NCBI GenBank assembly: GCA_958296445.1
Contig: OY282565.1
Coordinates: 440,458 to 504,457 of the forward strand
Direction of reading: 5' to 3'
Length of the DNA: 64,000 nt
Source of the DNA: an uncultured Dehalococcoidia bacterium
GTDB taxonomy: Bacteria > Chloroflexota > Dehalococcoidia > Lucifugimonadales > UBA3495
Shown: one piece after another, positions 27,909 to 37,607 of the stretch
How the letters are laid out: each line of letters starts with the position of its first letter
How positions within the stretch are numbered: the stretch's first letter is position 1
The notes under the pieces: model-generated
The model's database searches: none
Told to the model about the DNA's origin: nothing
Seen by the model: only the letters and a program-made list of their open reading frames with translations
Made by a program: the position numbers and the translations under genes

Positions 27909-27943
27909 CCGGCCCCGCCAAAAACAACTTTCGAGGCGCAGCT

Positions 27944-28961
<1,018 letters not shown>

Positions 28962-28966
<5 letters not shown>

Positions 28967-29055
28967 CCGCCGGGAATACCGGAAACACCGGGAACGCCGG
29001 GAACACTAGGCACACCGGCAAGAACCATAAAATCTCCGTGAACTCCGCGGTTAAA
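28962..29055. repeat. Degenerate family E inverted repeat with internal 9-bp units
   Basis: TTAACCGC...GCGGTTAA ends with internal CCGGGAACA-like 9-mers. Confidence 0.55.
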
Positions 29056-29073
29056 CGAAAGGAGCTGAACATT

Positions 29074-30207
29074 ATGGTTTCGACGAAACGCGAGCGGTCT
29101 CTGGTCGTCATCGAGCTGAACGGCGGAAACGACGCCCTGAACACCCTGATTCCCTTCAACAACGGCCTGTATTACGACTACCGGCCCGGCATCGGCATAC
29201 CGCAACCGGAAGTGCTGCCCATCAACGGCGAATACGGCTTCAACCCCAATATGGCCCCGGTCAAGAATCTGTGGGACAGTGGCGAGCTGGCCGTCATCAA
29301 CGGCATCGGCTACCCCCAGCCCAACCGCTCCCACTTCCGCTCGCGGGACATCTGGTATACCGCCGAGCCGGAAAGCATCGGCACCCAGGGCTGGCTGGGG
29401 GCCGCCATCCGCGACCTCGACGCCCAAGGCGAGAACGTCCTTACCGGCGTCAACTTCGGGCGCGGCCTGCCCCGCGCCCTAGTCTGCAAGGGCGTGCCGG
29501 TGGCCTCGGTGGGCAACCTAGAAACCTACGGCCTGCTACCCGACATTGACGACGAAAACGTGCGCCACCACGCCCTAGACGCCCTAGGCCGGATGTACGG
29601 CCCGGCCGGGGGCCGGGACATCGTGGCCCAGGCCCTGAGCGAGAACGGCTCCCAGGCCCTGATGGGCGCCGACATCCTCCGCACCGCGCCGGAGCGGTAC
29701 TCCTCCGGCGTGGAGTACGCCGACACGCCCATCTCCCAAAGCCTGAAGAGCGCGGCCCAAGTGATGAGCGCCGGCCTCGGCACCCGCATCCTCTACGCCC
29801 AGCACGGCAGCTTTGACACCCACAGCAACGAGCTCCAGTCCCACGCCAAGCTGTGGCAGGACGCTTCGACGGCCATCAGCGATTTCACCGAAGACCTGAA
29901 GCAGCAGGGCCTTTGGGATGATACGCTGGTGCTGGTGTGGTCGGAGTTCGGGCGGCGCGTCCGCGACAACGGCACCGGCTGCGACCACGGCTCCGGCGGC
30001 GTGGCCTTCGTATTCGGCGGCTCGGTGCAGGGCGGGCTGTACGGGCAATACCCGTCGCTGCGCGAGGCCGACCTGTCCGAGGGCGACCTGGCCTACACCA
30101 CCGACTTCCGCTCCACCTACGCCACCATCCTAGACCGCTGGCTGGCCCTCGACCCCGACCCTATAGTCCACGGCCAGTTCGAGCAGTTCAACTTCATCAG
30201 CCGCTAA
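29074..30207 (+). CDS. DUF1501 domain protein
   Basis: LNGGNDALN, PNRSHFRS, FDTH, SEFGRR and DHG; AAGGAG RBS. Confidence 0.93.
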   Translation: MVSTKRERSLVVIELNGGNDALNTLIPFNNGLYYDYRPGIGIPQPEVLPINGEYGFNPNMAPVKNLWDSGELAVINGIGYPQPNRSHFRSRDIWYTAEPESIGTQGWLGAAIRDLDAQGENVLTGVNFGRGLPRALVCKGVPVASVGNLETYGLLPDIDDENVRHHALDALGRMYGPAGGRDIVAQALSENGSQALMGADILRTAPERYSSGVEYADTPISQSLKSAAQVMSAGLGTRILYAQHGSFDTHSNELQSHAKLWQDASTAISDFTEDLKQQGLWDDTLVLVWSEFGRRVRDNGTGCDHGSGGVAFVFGGSVQGGLYGQYPSLREADLSEGDLAYTTDFRSTYATILDRWLALDPDPIVHGQFEQFNFISR

Positions 30208-30332
30208 CCCCGGCCGCCCGGCACACGGAAATGTAGGGGCGGGCTTTATGCCCGCCCTTATATTGAGAAAATTGCGAAATTACTTCCGCTGTCTGTCCTT
30301 CGGAACAAAGCCCTGTCCTTCGGAACGAACCC

Positions 30333-30401
30333 CTGTCATTCTGAGCAAAGCGAAGAATCCCGACTTGGGCGGTGAGACCCTTCGCTCTGCTCAGGGTGAC
30401 A
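30333..30401. repeat. REP-like family A
   Basis: GTCATTCTGAGCAAAGCGAAGAATC...CCCTTCGCTCTGCTCAGGGTGAC. Confidence 0.88.
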
Positions 30402-30527
30402 TTGAGGGATTCAGACAACCCCCCGGCCCGCATCCAAACCGGGTTGACGGCGCGGCGGCCCGGCCATAAACTCGGATTACGGCATCCCGCAGCCGTCATT
30501 CCATCTGCGCCCGCCGCGAGGCCCGTT

Positions 30528-31286
30528 ATGACCACCAAGCCCGTTGCCCCGGCGCTGGACGCGCCTGACATCATCCAGTTTGCCCCCCCGCCGCCCGATG
30601 AGATGACTGCTTTTTTTAAGGTCAATTTCCCCGGCTACCCCAATTCCCTAGCCGACCACTTCGGCAGCCCGGAAACCACCATCATAACCAGCGAAATCGC
30701 GGCGGCCCTGATGCTCACCCCAGACTGGGAGGGTGTGCGTTATCCCGACCTGCTCATCGCTTTCAACGTTGACCCGGTAGCCGGTTTGGCCCGAAACGGC
30801 TATCTCATCCCCGAACAGGGCAAGCCGCCGGATTTCGTGCTGGAAATCGCCTCGGAAAGAACCGGATACCGCGACGAAACCGTCAAGCGCCTTGATTACG
30901 CTGGGATGGGCGTCCCCGAGTACTGGCGGTTCGACCCCACCGGCGGCCGTTTCTACCGCATCCACCACACCCACATAGCCGGCGACCGGCTGCTGAACGG
31001 CGAATACCAGCCCATAACCATCCACCGGATAGACGATGCGCATTACTGGGGCCACAGCGGCGTGCTGAACCTAGACTTGTGCTGGGAAAACGGCGAACTG
31101 CGCTGGTACGACCCGGCGGCCCAACGCTACCTGCCCACCTTCGACGACGAGCGGGCCGCCCGCATGGCCGCCGAGTCCCGCGCCGATGCCGAGGGCAACC
31201 GCGCCGACGCCGCCGAAGCCCGCGTCCGCCAACTGGAGGCCCAGCTCCGCCGCCAGCAAAACCCCGGCCCGCCGGAAACGCCTTAA
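30528..31286 (+). CDS. Uma2-family endonuclease (second subfamily) with coiled-coil tail, copy 1
   Basis: YPDLLIAF, PPDFVLEIAS and GVPEYWRFDP. ATG 30528 chosen by homology. Confidence 0.9.
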   Translation: MTTKPVAPALDAPDIIQFAPPPPDEMTAFFKVNFPGYPNSLADHFGSPETTIITSEIAAALMLTPDWEGVRYPDLLIAFNVDPVAGLARNGYLIPEQGKPPDFVLEIASERTGYRDETVKRLDYAGMGVPEYWRFDPTGGRFYRIHHTHIAGDRLLNGEYQPITIHRIDDAHYWGHSGVLNLDLCWENGELRWYDPAAQRYLPTFDDERAARMAAESRADAEGNRADAAEARVRQLEAQLRRQQNPGPPETP

Positions 31287-31363
31287 GTGCAGACGGTTAT
31301 ATTGGCGTGGTATGATGGCCGCGTTGCCCCAATCCCACCTTTGCGCCCGCCGCGAGGCCCGTT

Positions 31364-32173
31364 ATGACCACCAAGCCCTTTGCCCCGGCGCCGGACGCGC
31401 CGGATGCGCCGGGCATCATCCAGTTTGCCCCCCCACCGCCCGATGAGATGACTGCTTTCTTTAAGGTAAATTTCCCCGGCTACCCCAATTCCCTAGCCGA
31501 CCACTTCGGCAGCCCGGAAACCACCATCATCACCAGCGAAATCGCGGCGGCCCTGCTACTTACCCCAGACTGGGAGGGTGTGCGCTATCCCGACCTGCTC
31601 ATCGCTTTCAACGTTGACCCGGCCGCCGGGCTGGCCCGCAACGGCTACCTCATCCCGGAGCAGGGCAAGCCGCCGGATTTCGTGCTGGAAATCGCCTCGG
31701 AAAGAACCGGATACCGCGACGAAACCGTCAAGCGCCAAGACTACGCTGGGATGGGTGTTCCCGAATACTGGCGGTTCGACCCCACGGGCGGCCGATTCTA
31801 CCGCGTCCACCGGACGCACATAGCAGGCGACCGGCTGGTTGACGGCGAATACCAGCCCATCACCATCCACCGCACCGACGCCGAACATTACTGGGGCCAC
31901 AGCGACGCCCTGAACCTAGACTTGTGCTGGGAGAACGGCGAACTGCGCTGGTACGACCCGGCGGCCCAACGCTACCTGCCCACCTTCGACGACGAGCGGG
32001 CCGCCCGCCTTGCAGAGTCTAATCGTGCCGACGCCGAGCGAGCCGCCCGCCTTGCCGAGTCTAATCGCGCCGACGCCGAGCGAGCCGCCCGCATCGCTGC
32101 CGAGGCCCGCGTCCGCCAACTGGAGGCCCAGCTCCGCCGCCAGCAAAACCCCGGCCCGCCGGAAACGCCTTAA
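31364..32173 (+). CDS. Uma2-family endonuclease (second subfamily), copy 2
   Basis: Same motifs; extended -10 TGGTATGAT at 31308-31316. Confidence 0.9.
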   Translation: MTTKPFAPAPDAPDAPGIIQFAPPPPDEMTAFFKVNFPGYPNSLADHFGSPETTIITSEIAAALLLTPDWEGVRYPDLLIAFNVDPAAGLARNGYLIPEQGKPPDFVLEIASERTGYRDETVKRQDYAGMGVPEYWRFDPTGGRFYRVHRTHIAGDRLVDGEYQPITIHRTDAEHYWGHSDALNLDLCWENGELRWYDPAAQRYLPTFDDERAARLAESNRADAERAARLAESNRADAERAARIAAEARVRQLEAQLRRQQNPGPPETP

Positions 32174-32215
32174 GCGCAGACGACTGCGAAATTGCCCTTT
32201 GTCGCCCCGCCCCTT

Positions 32216-32340
32216 TTTCACCCTGAGCGTCCCTTTGTCACCCTGAGCGAAGCGAAGGGCCTCACTGCCCAAGCCAAGATTCTTCGCTTTGCTCAGAATG
32301 ACAGGCAGCCAGAATGACAGACGCCAGAGTGACAGACAGC
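32216..32340. repeat. REP-like family A cluster
   Basis: Palindrome plus extra half-sites. Confidence 0.88.
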
Positions 32341-32425
32341 GGTTGCAATTTCGCAATTTTCTCTTATATTGGCGTGGTATGATGGCCGCGTTGCCTTATC
32401 CCACCTTTGCGCCGCGAGGCCCGTT

Positions 32426-33226
32426 ATGATGCTGAAGCCCGTTGCCCCGGTGCTGGACGCGCCTGACATCATCCAGTTTGCCCCCCCGCCGCCCGATGAG
32501 ATGACTGCTTTCTTTAAGGTCAATTTCCCCGGCTACCCCAATTCCCTGGCCGACCACTTCGGCAGCCCGGAAACCACCATCATCACCAGCGAAATCGCCG
32601 CGGCCCTGATGCTCACCCCAGACTGGGAGGGCGTGCGCTATCCCGACCTGCTCATCGCTTTCAATGTTGACCCGGTAGCTGGCCTGGCCCGCAACGGCTA
32701 CCTCATCCCCGAGCAGGGCAAGCCGCCGGATTTCGTGCTGGAAATCGCCTCGGAAAGAACCGGATACCGCGATGAAACCGTCAAGCGGCAGGATTACGCT
32801 GGGATGGGCGTCCCCGAATACTGGCGGTTCGACCCCACGGGCGGCCGATTCTACCGCGTCCACCGCACGCACATAGCCGGCGACCGGCTGGTGGATGGCG
32901 AATACCAGCCCATAACCATCCACCGGACGGACGCTGAGCATTACTGGGGCCACAGCGATGTCCTGAACCTGGACTTGTGCTGGGAGAAGGGCGAACTGCG
33001 CTGGTACGACCCGGCGGCCCAACGCTACCTGCCCACCTTCGACGACGAGCGGGCCGCCCGCCGCGCCGCCGAGTTCCGCGCAGATGCCGCCCAAGCCCAG
33101 CGCGACACTGCCAGAGCCCAACGCGACGCTGCCCGAGCACAGCGCGACGACGCCCAAGCCCGCGTCCGCCAACTGGAGGCCCAGCTTCGCCGCCAGCAAA
33201 GCCCCGGCCCGCCGGAAACGCCTTAA
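32426..33226 (+). CDS. Uma2-family endonuclease (second subfamily), copy 3
   Basis: Same motifs; heptad-repeat tail. Confidence 0.9.
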   Translation: MMLKPVAPVLDAPDIIQFAPPPPDEMTAFFKVNFPGYPNSLADHFGSPETTIITSEIAAALMLTPDWEGVRYPDLLIAFNVDPVAGLARNGYLIPEQGKPPDFVLEIASERTGYRDETVKRQDYAGMGVPEYWRFDPTGGRFYRVHRTHIAGDRLVDGEYQPITIHRTDAEHYWGHSDVLNLDLCWEKGELRWYDPAAQRYLPTFDDERAARRAAEFRADAAQAQRDTARAQRDAARAQRDDAQARVRQLEAQLRRQQSPGPPETP

Positions 33227-33290
33227 GCGCAGATGATAGCGAAGGGCGTCACCGCCCAAGCTTGGAAACACCCCCCCAAAACCGCCGCGG

Positions 33291-34550
33291 CTATAGCTGG
33301 AAATCCGCCACCGGCGCGGCGGCGCTGGCGGGCTGCTCCTGACGGAGCGCGTCGGCCAGCTTGGCCAGCTCCGCCTCGTAGGTCGCTGGGTCGCCGGGCC
33401 GCAGGTCGAATATGACGTTTTCGGCGGCCATCGTGCGGGCGGCGCGGGTGCTGGGGCGCTTCAGCCCGTCGTCGGGCGCTACGAAATAGAGCAGCCAGCG
33501 GTCGGCGGACTGTTGCTTGTTGCGGGCCGCCGTGATGTCGTTAAGGATGGCTTCCGTATCCATCGCGCGGGACGAGGCTACCACTATCAGCTTGTCATAG
33601 TTGCGCAGCCACCGTTCCACTTCCTCTTGATCGGATGAGCTTAGGCGCGATACCAACGCGCTGCCCCGCACTCGCTCGGAAAACACCCAATTGCTGACCC
33701 CCAACGCGCTCAGGCCGTCGCTCAACCGGCGGGCAAATTCCTCGTCGCCGTCGCGGCAGGCTATGTAGCACTCCGTCAGAGCGGGCGGCGCGGCGGCGAT
33801 GGTTTCCTGGAAAGACGCCACCGACGGCGGAACCCCGGCCCCGGCCAGAAAAGCGGCGGGAACCAGCCCGCCGGAACGGTACAGCGTATCCAGCCCGATA
33901 GTGCTGGGCGCGTCGTGGCGCGTCTGCTCCAGCCCGGCCGCGGCCCGCAGGTCGCAGTCCTGAAACACGGTGTAGCCCAGCGCCGCGCCGGTTAAGTCGG
34001 CCCCGGTCAAGTCGCAGCCCCAGACTTGGGTTTGGAACAAGTCGGCGCCGTTCAGCGTCGCGCCCGACAGGTTGGCCCGCACCAGAGACGCCCCGGCAAA
34101 GCTGGCGCCGGTAAAATTCGCCCCGGACAAGTTGGCCCCGATAAGACTGGTGCGCTGGAGATTGACGTTGGTCAGATTCGCCCCGGACAAGTTGGCGTCC
34201 GACAGTATGGCGCGATCCAAGTCGGCCCCGGTCAGGTCGGCCCCCCGCAGGTCGGCCCCCCGCATATTCGCCCCGTTGAAAAGGGCGCCGGTAAGGTTGG
34301 CTTCCCGCATATCGGCATGATACAGATGGCAGGGGTTGAGAAAGCAGCCGGAAAGATTGGCCCGCCGCATCACCGCGCCCATCAAATCGGCGTGGCGCAG
34401 GTCGGAGCCGCTGATATTAACCTGCGGAACGCGGGCGTAACTCATATAGGCCGCGTTCAGGTCGAATGACTCATTGGGGTTGGCTTCCCGCCAGCGGGCC
34501 ACCACATCCCGGCCCCGCCGCACCAGTTGCACGTGCTCCATATTCGCCAT
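33291..34550 (-). CDS. Pentapeptide-repeat protein with C-terminal TIR-like domain
   Basis: A(D/N)L(S/T)G repeats, then PSTIGLDT, CYIACRDGDEEFARRL and YDKLIVVAS. Confidence 0.82.
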   Translation of the reverse strand: MANMEHVQLVRRGRDVVARWREANPNESFDLNAAYMSYARVPQVNISGSDLRHADLMGAVMRRANLSGCFLNPCHLYHADMREANLTGALFNGANMRGADLRGADLTGADLDRAILSDANLSGANLTNVNLQRTSLIGANLSGANFTGASFAGASLVRANLSGATLNGADLFQTQVWGCDLTGADLTGAALGYTVFQDCDLRAAAGLEQTRHDAPSTIGLDTLYRSGGLVPAAFLAGAGVPPSVASFQETIAAAPPALTECYIACRDGDEEFARRLSDGLSALGVSNWVFSERVRGSALVSRLSSSDQEEVERWLRNYDKLIVVASSRAMDTEAILNDITAARNKQQSADRWLLYFVAPDDGLKRPSTRAARTMAAENVIFDLRPGDPATYEAELAKLADALRQEQPASAAAPVADFQL

Positions 34551-34640
34551 AATCGCCGCTCCCGGACAACATCGGATAATAACCGGATTTTAGCACACAG
34601 GCGGGCGGCGGGGAATTTGGCCCGGCGGGATTCAGAGAAA

Positions 34641-34850
34641 CCTGTCATTCCGAGCAACCCCCTGTCATTCTGAGCAAAGCGAAGAATCTCGCCTTGGGCG
34701 GTGAGACCCTTCGCTCCGCTCAGGGTGACAAAGGGGCCGCTTCAGAGTGACAAAGTGGCAGAGCGGACAAAGGCGCAGGTTGACAAAGGGGGAACCCAAG
34801 GCGACATTCGCTTTGCTCAGGGTGACAAAGGGGCAGTACGCAATTTTCTC
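34641..34850. repeat. REP-like family A cluster ending in a TIR-like motif
   Basis: Palindrome, several GTGACAAAG half-sites, then CGCAATTTTCTC. Confidence 0.85.
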
Positions 34851-34854
34851 GACT

Positions 34855-35223
34855 TCAGGCCGCCGACTGGATGACGGCCCGGCGGTGGGTGCCTTCCCCG
34901 ATTTTGCGCTCCCCCCCGGATTCCGGCACGTGGTACGCCTCGACCCGGAAAGTCAGCCGGTTGCGGTCTACCTCCGTCAGCTCTGCTCTGGCCCGGATGG
35001 TGTCGCCGATGTCGGCGGGGGCCAAGTGGCGCACATTCACCTCGAACCCCACCGTGGTTTCACCAGCGGACAGGTGCGCGGCCACGCTTTCCATTGACGC
35101 CTGCTCCATCAACTGAATCATCGAGGGCGTGCTGAACTTGGGAACGTGGGGGGCCACGTTGGCCTCGCTTACCACGGTTTGCGTATCGCCCTTCAGTCCG
35201 GCCTTCAGGTCTGGGCCTGGCAT
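34855..35223 (-). CDS. FlK-like hot-dog thioesterase
   Basis: STPSMIQLMEQAS, TVG...VRHLAP and GEGTHRRAVI; ATG 35223. Confidence 0.88.
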   Translation of the reverse strand: MPGPDLKAGLKGDTQTVVSEANVAPHVPKFSTPSMIQLMEQASMESVAAHLSAGETTVGFEVNVRHLAPADIGDTIRARAELTEVDRNRLTFRVEAYHVPESGGERKIGEGTHRRAVIQSAA

Positions 35224-35333
35224 AATTCTAGCCTCGCTTCCGTCGGAATAAGAGGAAATCCATCGGATACCGATGTATTTATAATAGCAGAAAACGGCGG
35301 GCGTTTCCGCCCGCCCGCCGGGTCTGCCCGGGC

Positions 35334-35780
35334 CTACCCCGCCGCCGAGGGGTTCAGCGCCCGCTCGATGGCGAGCCACACCGGAGCCAGGTACAAGCGG
35401 GCGAAAGGCTCCGTATCCGCCAAATCGCCCGCCGCCACCCACTGGCACAGGTCTATGTCCTCCGACAGCTCCGGGGTCAGCGGGTCGGTGAGCTTGCCCG
35501 CGTAGTCCAGCAGGAACCAGTCCACCGTCTTGTTCACCGGGCCGTAGGAGTAATAGGAAATATAGCTGGAGCGGCAAAGGGGTTCCCGGATGGAGAGCAG
35601 GGCCGGATTCAGCCCCGTTTCCTCGCAAATTTCCCTTATGGCGCAGAGCTCCGGCGGTTCGTCGCCGTCCCGCTTGCCCTTGGGCAAGTCCCAGAGATGA
35701 TGCTTTCTTATCAACAGAGCGTGGCCGTCGGCCAGCACCAGCCCGCCGGCGGCCGCCATCTGCGGCAGCTCATCCCTCAT
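35334..35780 (-). CDS. NUDIX hydrolase
   Basis: AAGGLV and the NUDIX box WDLPKGK...CAIREICEETGL. Confidence 0.9.
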   Translation of the reverse strand: MRDELPQMAAAGGLVLADGHALLIRKHHLWDLPKGKRDGDEPPELCAIREICEETGLNPALLSIREPLCRSSYISYYSYGPVNKTVDWFLLDYAGKLTDPLTPELSEDIDLCQWVAAGDLADTEPFARLYLAPVWLAIERALNPSAAG

Positions 35781-36666
35781 GGATAAAAAACCGCTCCATA
35801 ATCGCCACCTGATCCCGGTTCAGCCCCGGGAAAAGCACCCCGTCCACCGTCAAGTCCAGCAGCTCCTCCGGTTCCGCCCCGTCCCGCAGCGACGGATGAA
35901 TCAGCCCCAGCTCCTCGTAGCCGAACCGCTCCAGTAGCCAATGAATCGCGTTCAGCAGGGCCTGCTGCTTGTTGTCGGAATTGATGATTACCCAAGGGGC
36001 GTAATCGGTCGAGGTGACCGCGAACATCCGCTCCTTGAAATAGGTTAGCAACTGCCACCGCTCGGCGGCCTTGCGGTCGTTGGGCGAGTATTTCCAATAC
36101 TGGAGTTCGCTGCCCTGCCGCAGCTTGAACCGCAGATCCTGGGACTCCTGGGACACCGAAAGGTAGATTTTTATCAGGGAAATCCCCTCATCCACCAGAC
36201 TTTGCTCCCATTCGTTGACCCGGTTCATAAAGTAATCGTACTGCCGCATCGAGCAGTAGCCCATAGTGGGCTGAATCATCGCGCGGGAGTACCAGGAGCG
36301 GTCAAAGACTACGATGTTGCCCTTTTCCGGCATCATCTTGTAATGCCGCCCCAGCCAGTTGCGCATAGCCTGGGGCGTAGGCGTCCCTTGGGTAACAATC
36401 CGGGCCGACTTGGGGTTGAGGTAGTGGGTGATGCCGGTGGAGGTTTTCCCCTTGCCCGCGGCGTCCCGCCCCTCCAGCACGATGGCTAACCGCTGGCCCT
36501 CGGACACCACCCACTCCTGCAACGAAAGCAGATGCACCCGCAAGGCCCGCAACTCGGCCCGGTAAGCCTGATAGGAAAGGTCGCGAAACTCCGGCACATC
36601 GTGGGTAAGAACCCTGGTTTCGGGTAATATGGCCGATTTTGTCTGCATACGTTCGACTAACATCAT
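35770..36666 (-). CDS. ppk2: Polyphosphate kinase 2
   Basis: EGRDAAGKG, FDRSWYSRA and TDYAPW. Confidence 0.92.
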   Translation of the reverse strand: MMLVERMQTKSAILPETRVLTHDVPEFRDLSYQAYRAELRALRVHLLSLQEWVVSEGQRLAIVLEGRDAAGKGKTSTGITHYLNPKSARIVTQGTPTPQAMRNWLGRHYKMMPEKGNIVVFDRSWYSRAMIQPTMGYCSMRQYDYFMNRVNEWEQSLVDEGISLIKIYLSVSQESQDLRFKLRQGSELQYWKYSPNDRKAAERWQLLTYFKERMFAVTSTDYAPWVIINSDNKQQALLNAIHWLLERFGYEELGLIHPSLRDGAEPEELLDLTVDGVLFPGLNRDQVAIMERFFIHEG

Positions 36667-36759
36667 ATCGCGTCACGCCCGACCCCGTAATGTGAGCATT
36701 GTGAGTATGCGGAACTATGTTAATCAGCGATAACGCGGTAGTCAACCAATAGCCCCCAA

Positions 36760-37503
36760 ACGATTGCGAAATTACTCCCGCCCCCCGCCATTCCGCCCGC
36801 CCGTCATTCCCGCGCCGCCCCCCGTCATTCCCGCCCCGCACCGTCATTTCCGCCCCGCACCGTCATTCCCGCGAAAGCGGGAATCCACAGCCCTTGTCTG
36901 AATCAGGATTTGCCGGATTATAAGGATTCGCCGGATGGGGGAAATCCTGAAAATCCTCAAATCCGGCAAATCCTGATTCAGACAATCCCCCCACGGCCTT
37001 TGCTCGCCGGAGCGTCTGGATTCCCGCGAAAGCGGGAATCCACAGCCTTTGTCTGAATCAGGATTTTCAGGATTAAAGGATTCGCCGGATGGAGTAAATC
37101 CTGAAAATCCTCAAATCCGGCAAATCCTGATTCAGACAATCCCCCCACGGCCTTTGCCTCGCCGTACCGTCATTCCCGCGAAAGCGGGAATCCACGGCCC
37201 TTGTCTGAATCAGGATTTTCAGGATTAAAGGATTCGCCGGATGGGGGAAATCCTGAAAATCCTCAAATCCGGCAAATCCTGATTCAGACAATCCCCCCAC
37301 GGCCTTTGCTCGCCGGAGCGTCTGGATTCCCGCTTTCGCGGGAATCCACGGCCCTTGTCTGAATCAGGATTTTCAGGATTAAAGGATTCGCCGGATGGGG
37401 TAAATCCTGAAAATCCTCAAATCCGGCAAATCCTGATTCAGACAATCCCCCCACGGCCTTTGCTCACCGGAGCGTCTGGATTCCCGCTTTCGCGGGAATG
37501 ACG
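36760..37503. repeat. BIME-like composite: four family B palindromes alternating with family C hairpins
   Basis: B copies at ~36894-36985, 37049-37139, 37201-37292 and 37355-37445 (about 153-bp period), preceded by ATTGCGAAATTACT. Confidence 0.92.
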
Positions 37504-37607
37504 GGATGATTTCGGCAATATCAATACACGTTAAGACTACCGCCCCCCGCCCCCCGCTTGAACCGATGGCGGCATTCGGATAACATTCAGGCAAGGGGCG
37601 TACAGTT

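Larger units (their letters stand above)
24439..27925 (+). repeat. Tandem array of five 699-bp units
   Basis: Start codons at 24453, 25152, 25851, 26550 and 27249 give an exact 699-bp period. Confidence 0.97.
30265..32363. mobile_element. Segment bounded by perfect 17-bp TIRs and a 7-bp direct repeat, containing two Uma2 genes
   Basis: TTATATT|GAGAAAATTGCGAAATT (30258-30281) and AATTTCGCAATTTTCTC|TTATATT (32347-32370). Confidence 0.65.

Noticed and set aside
36760-37503. CRISPR array or integron attC array
   Set aside because: No unique spacers or cassette ORFs between the units, and no integrase.
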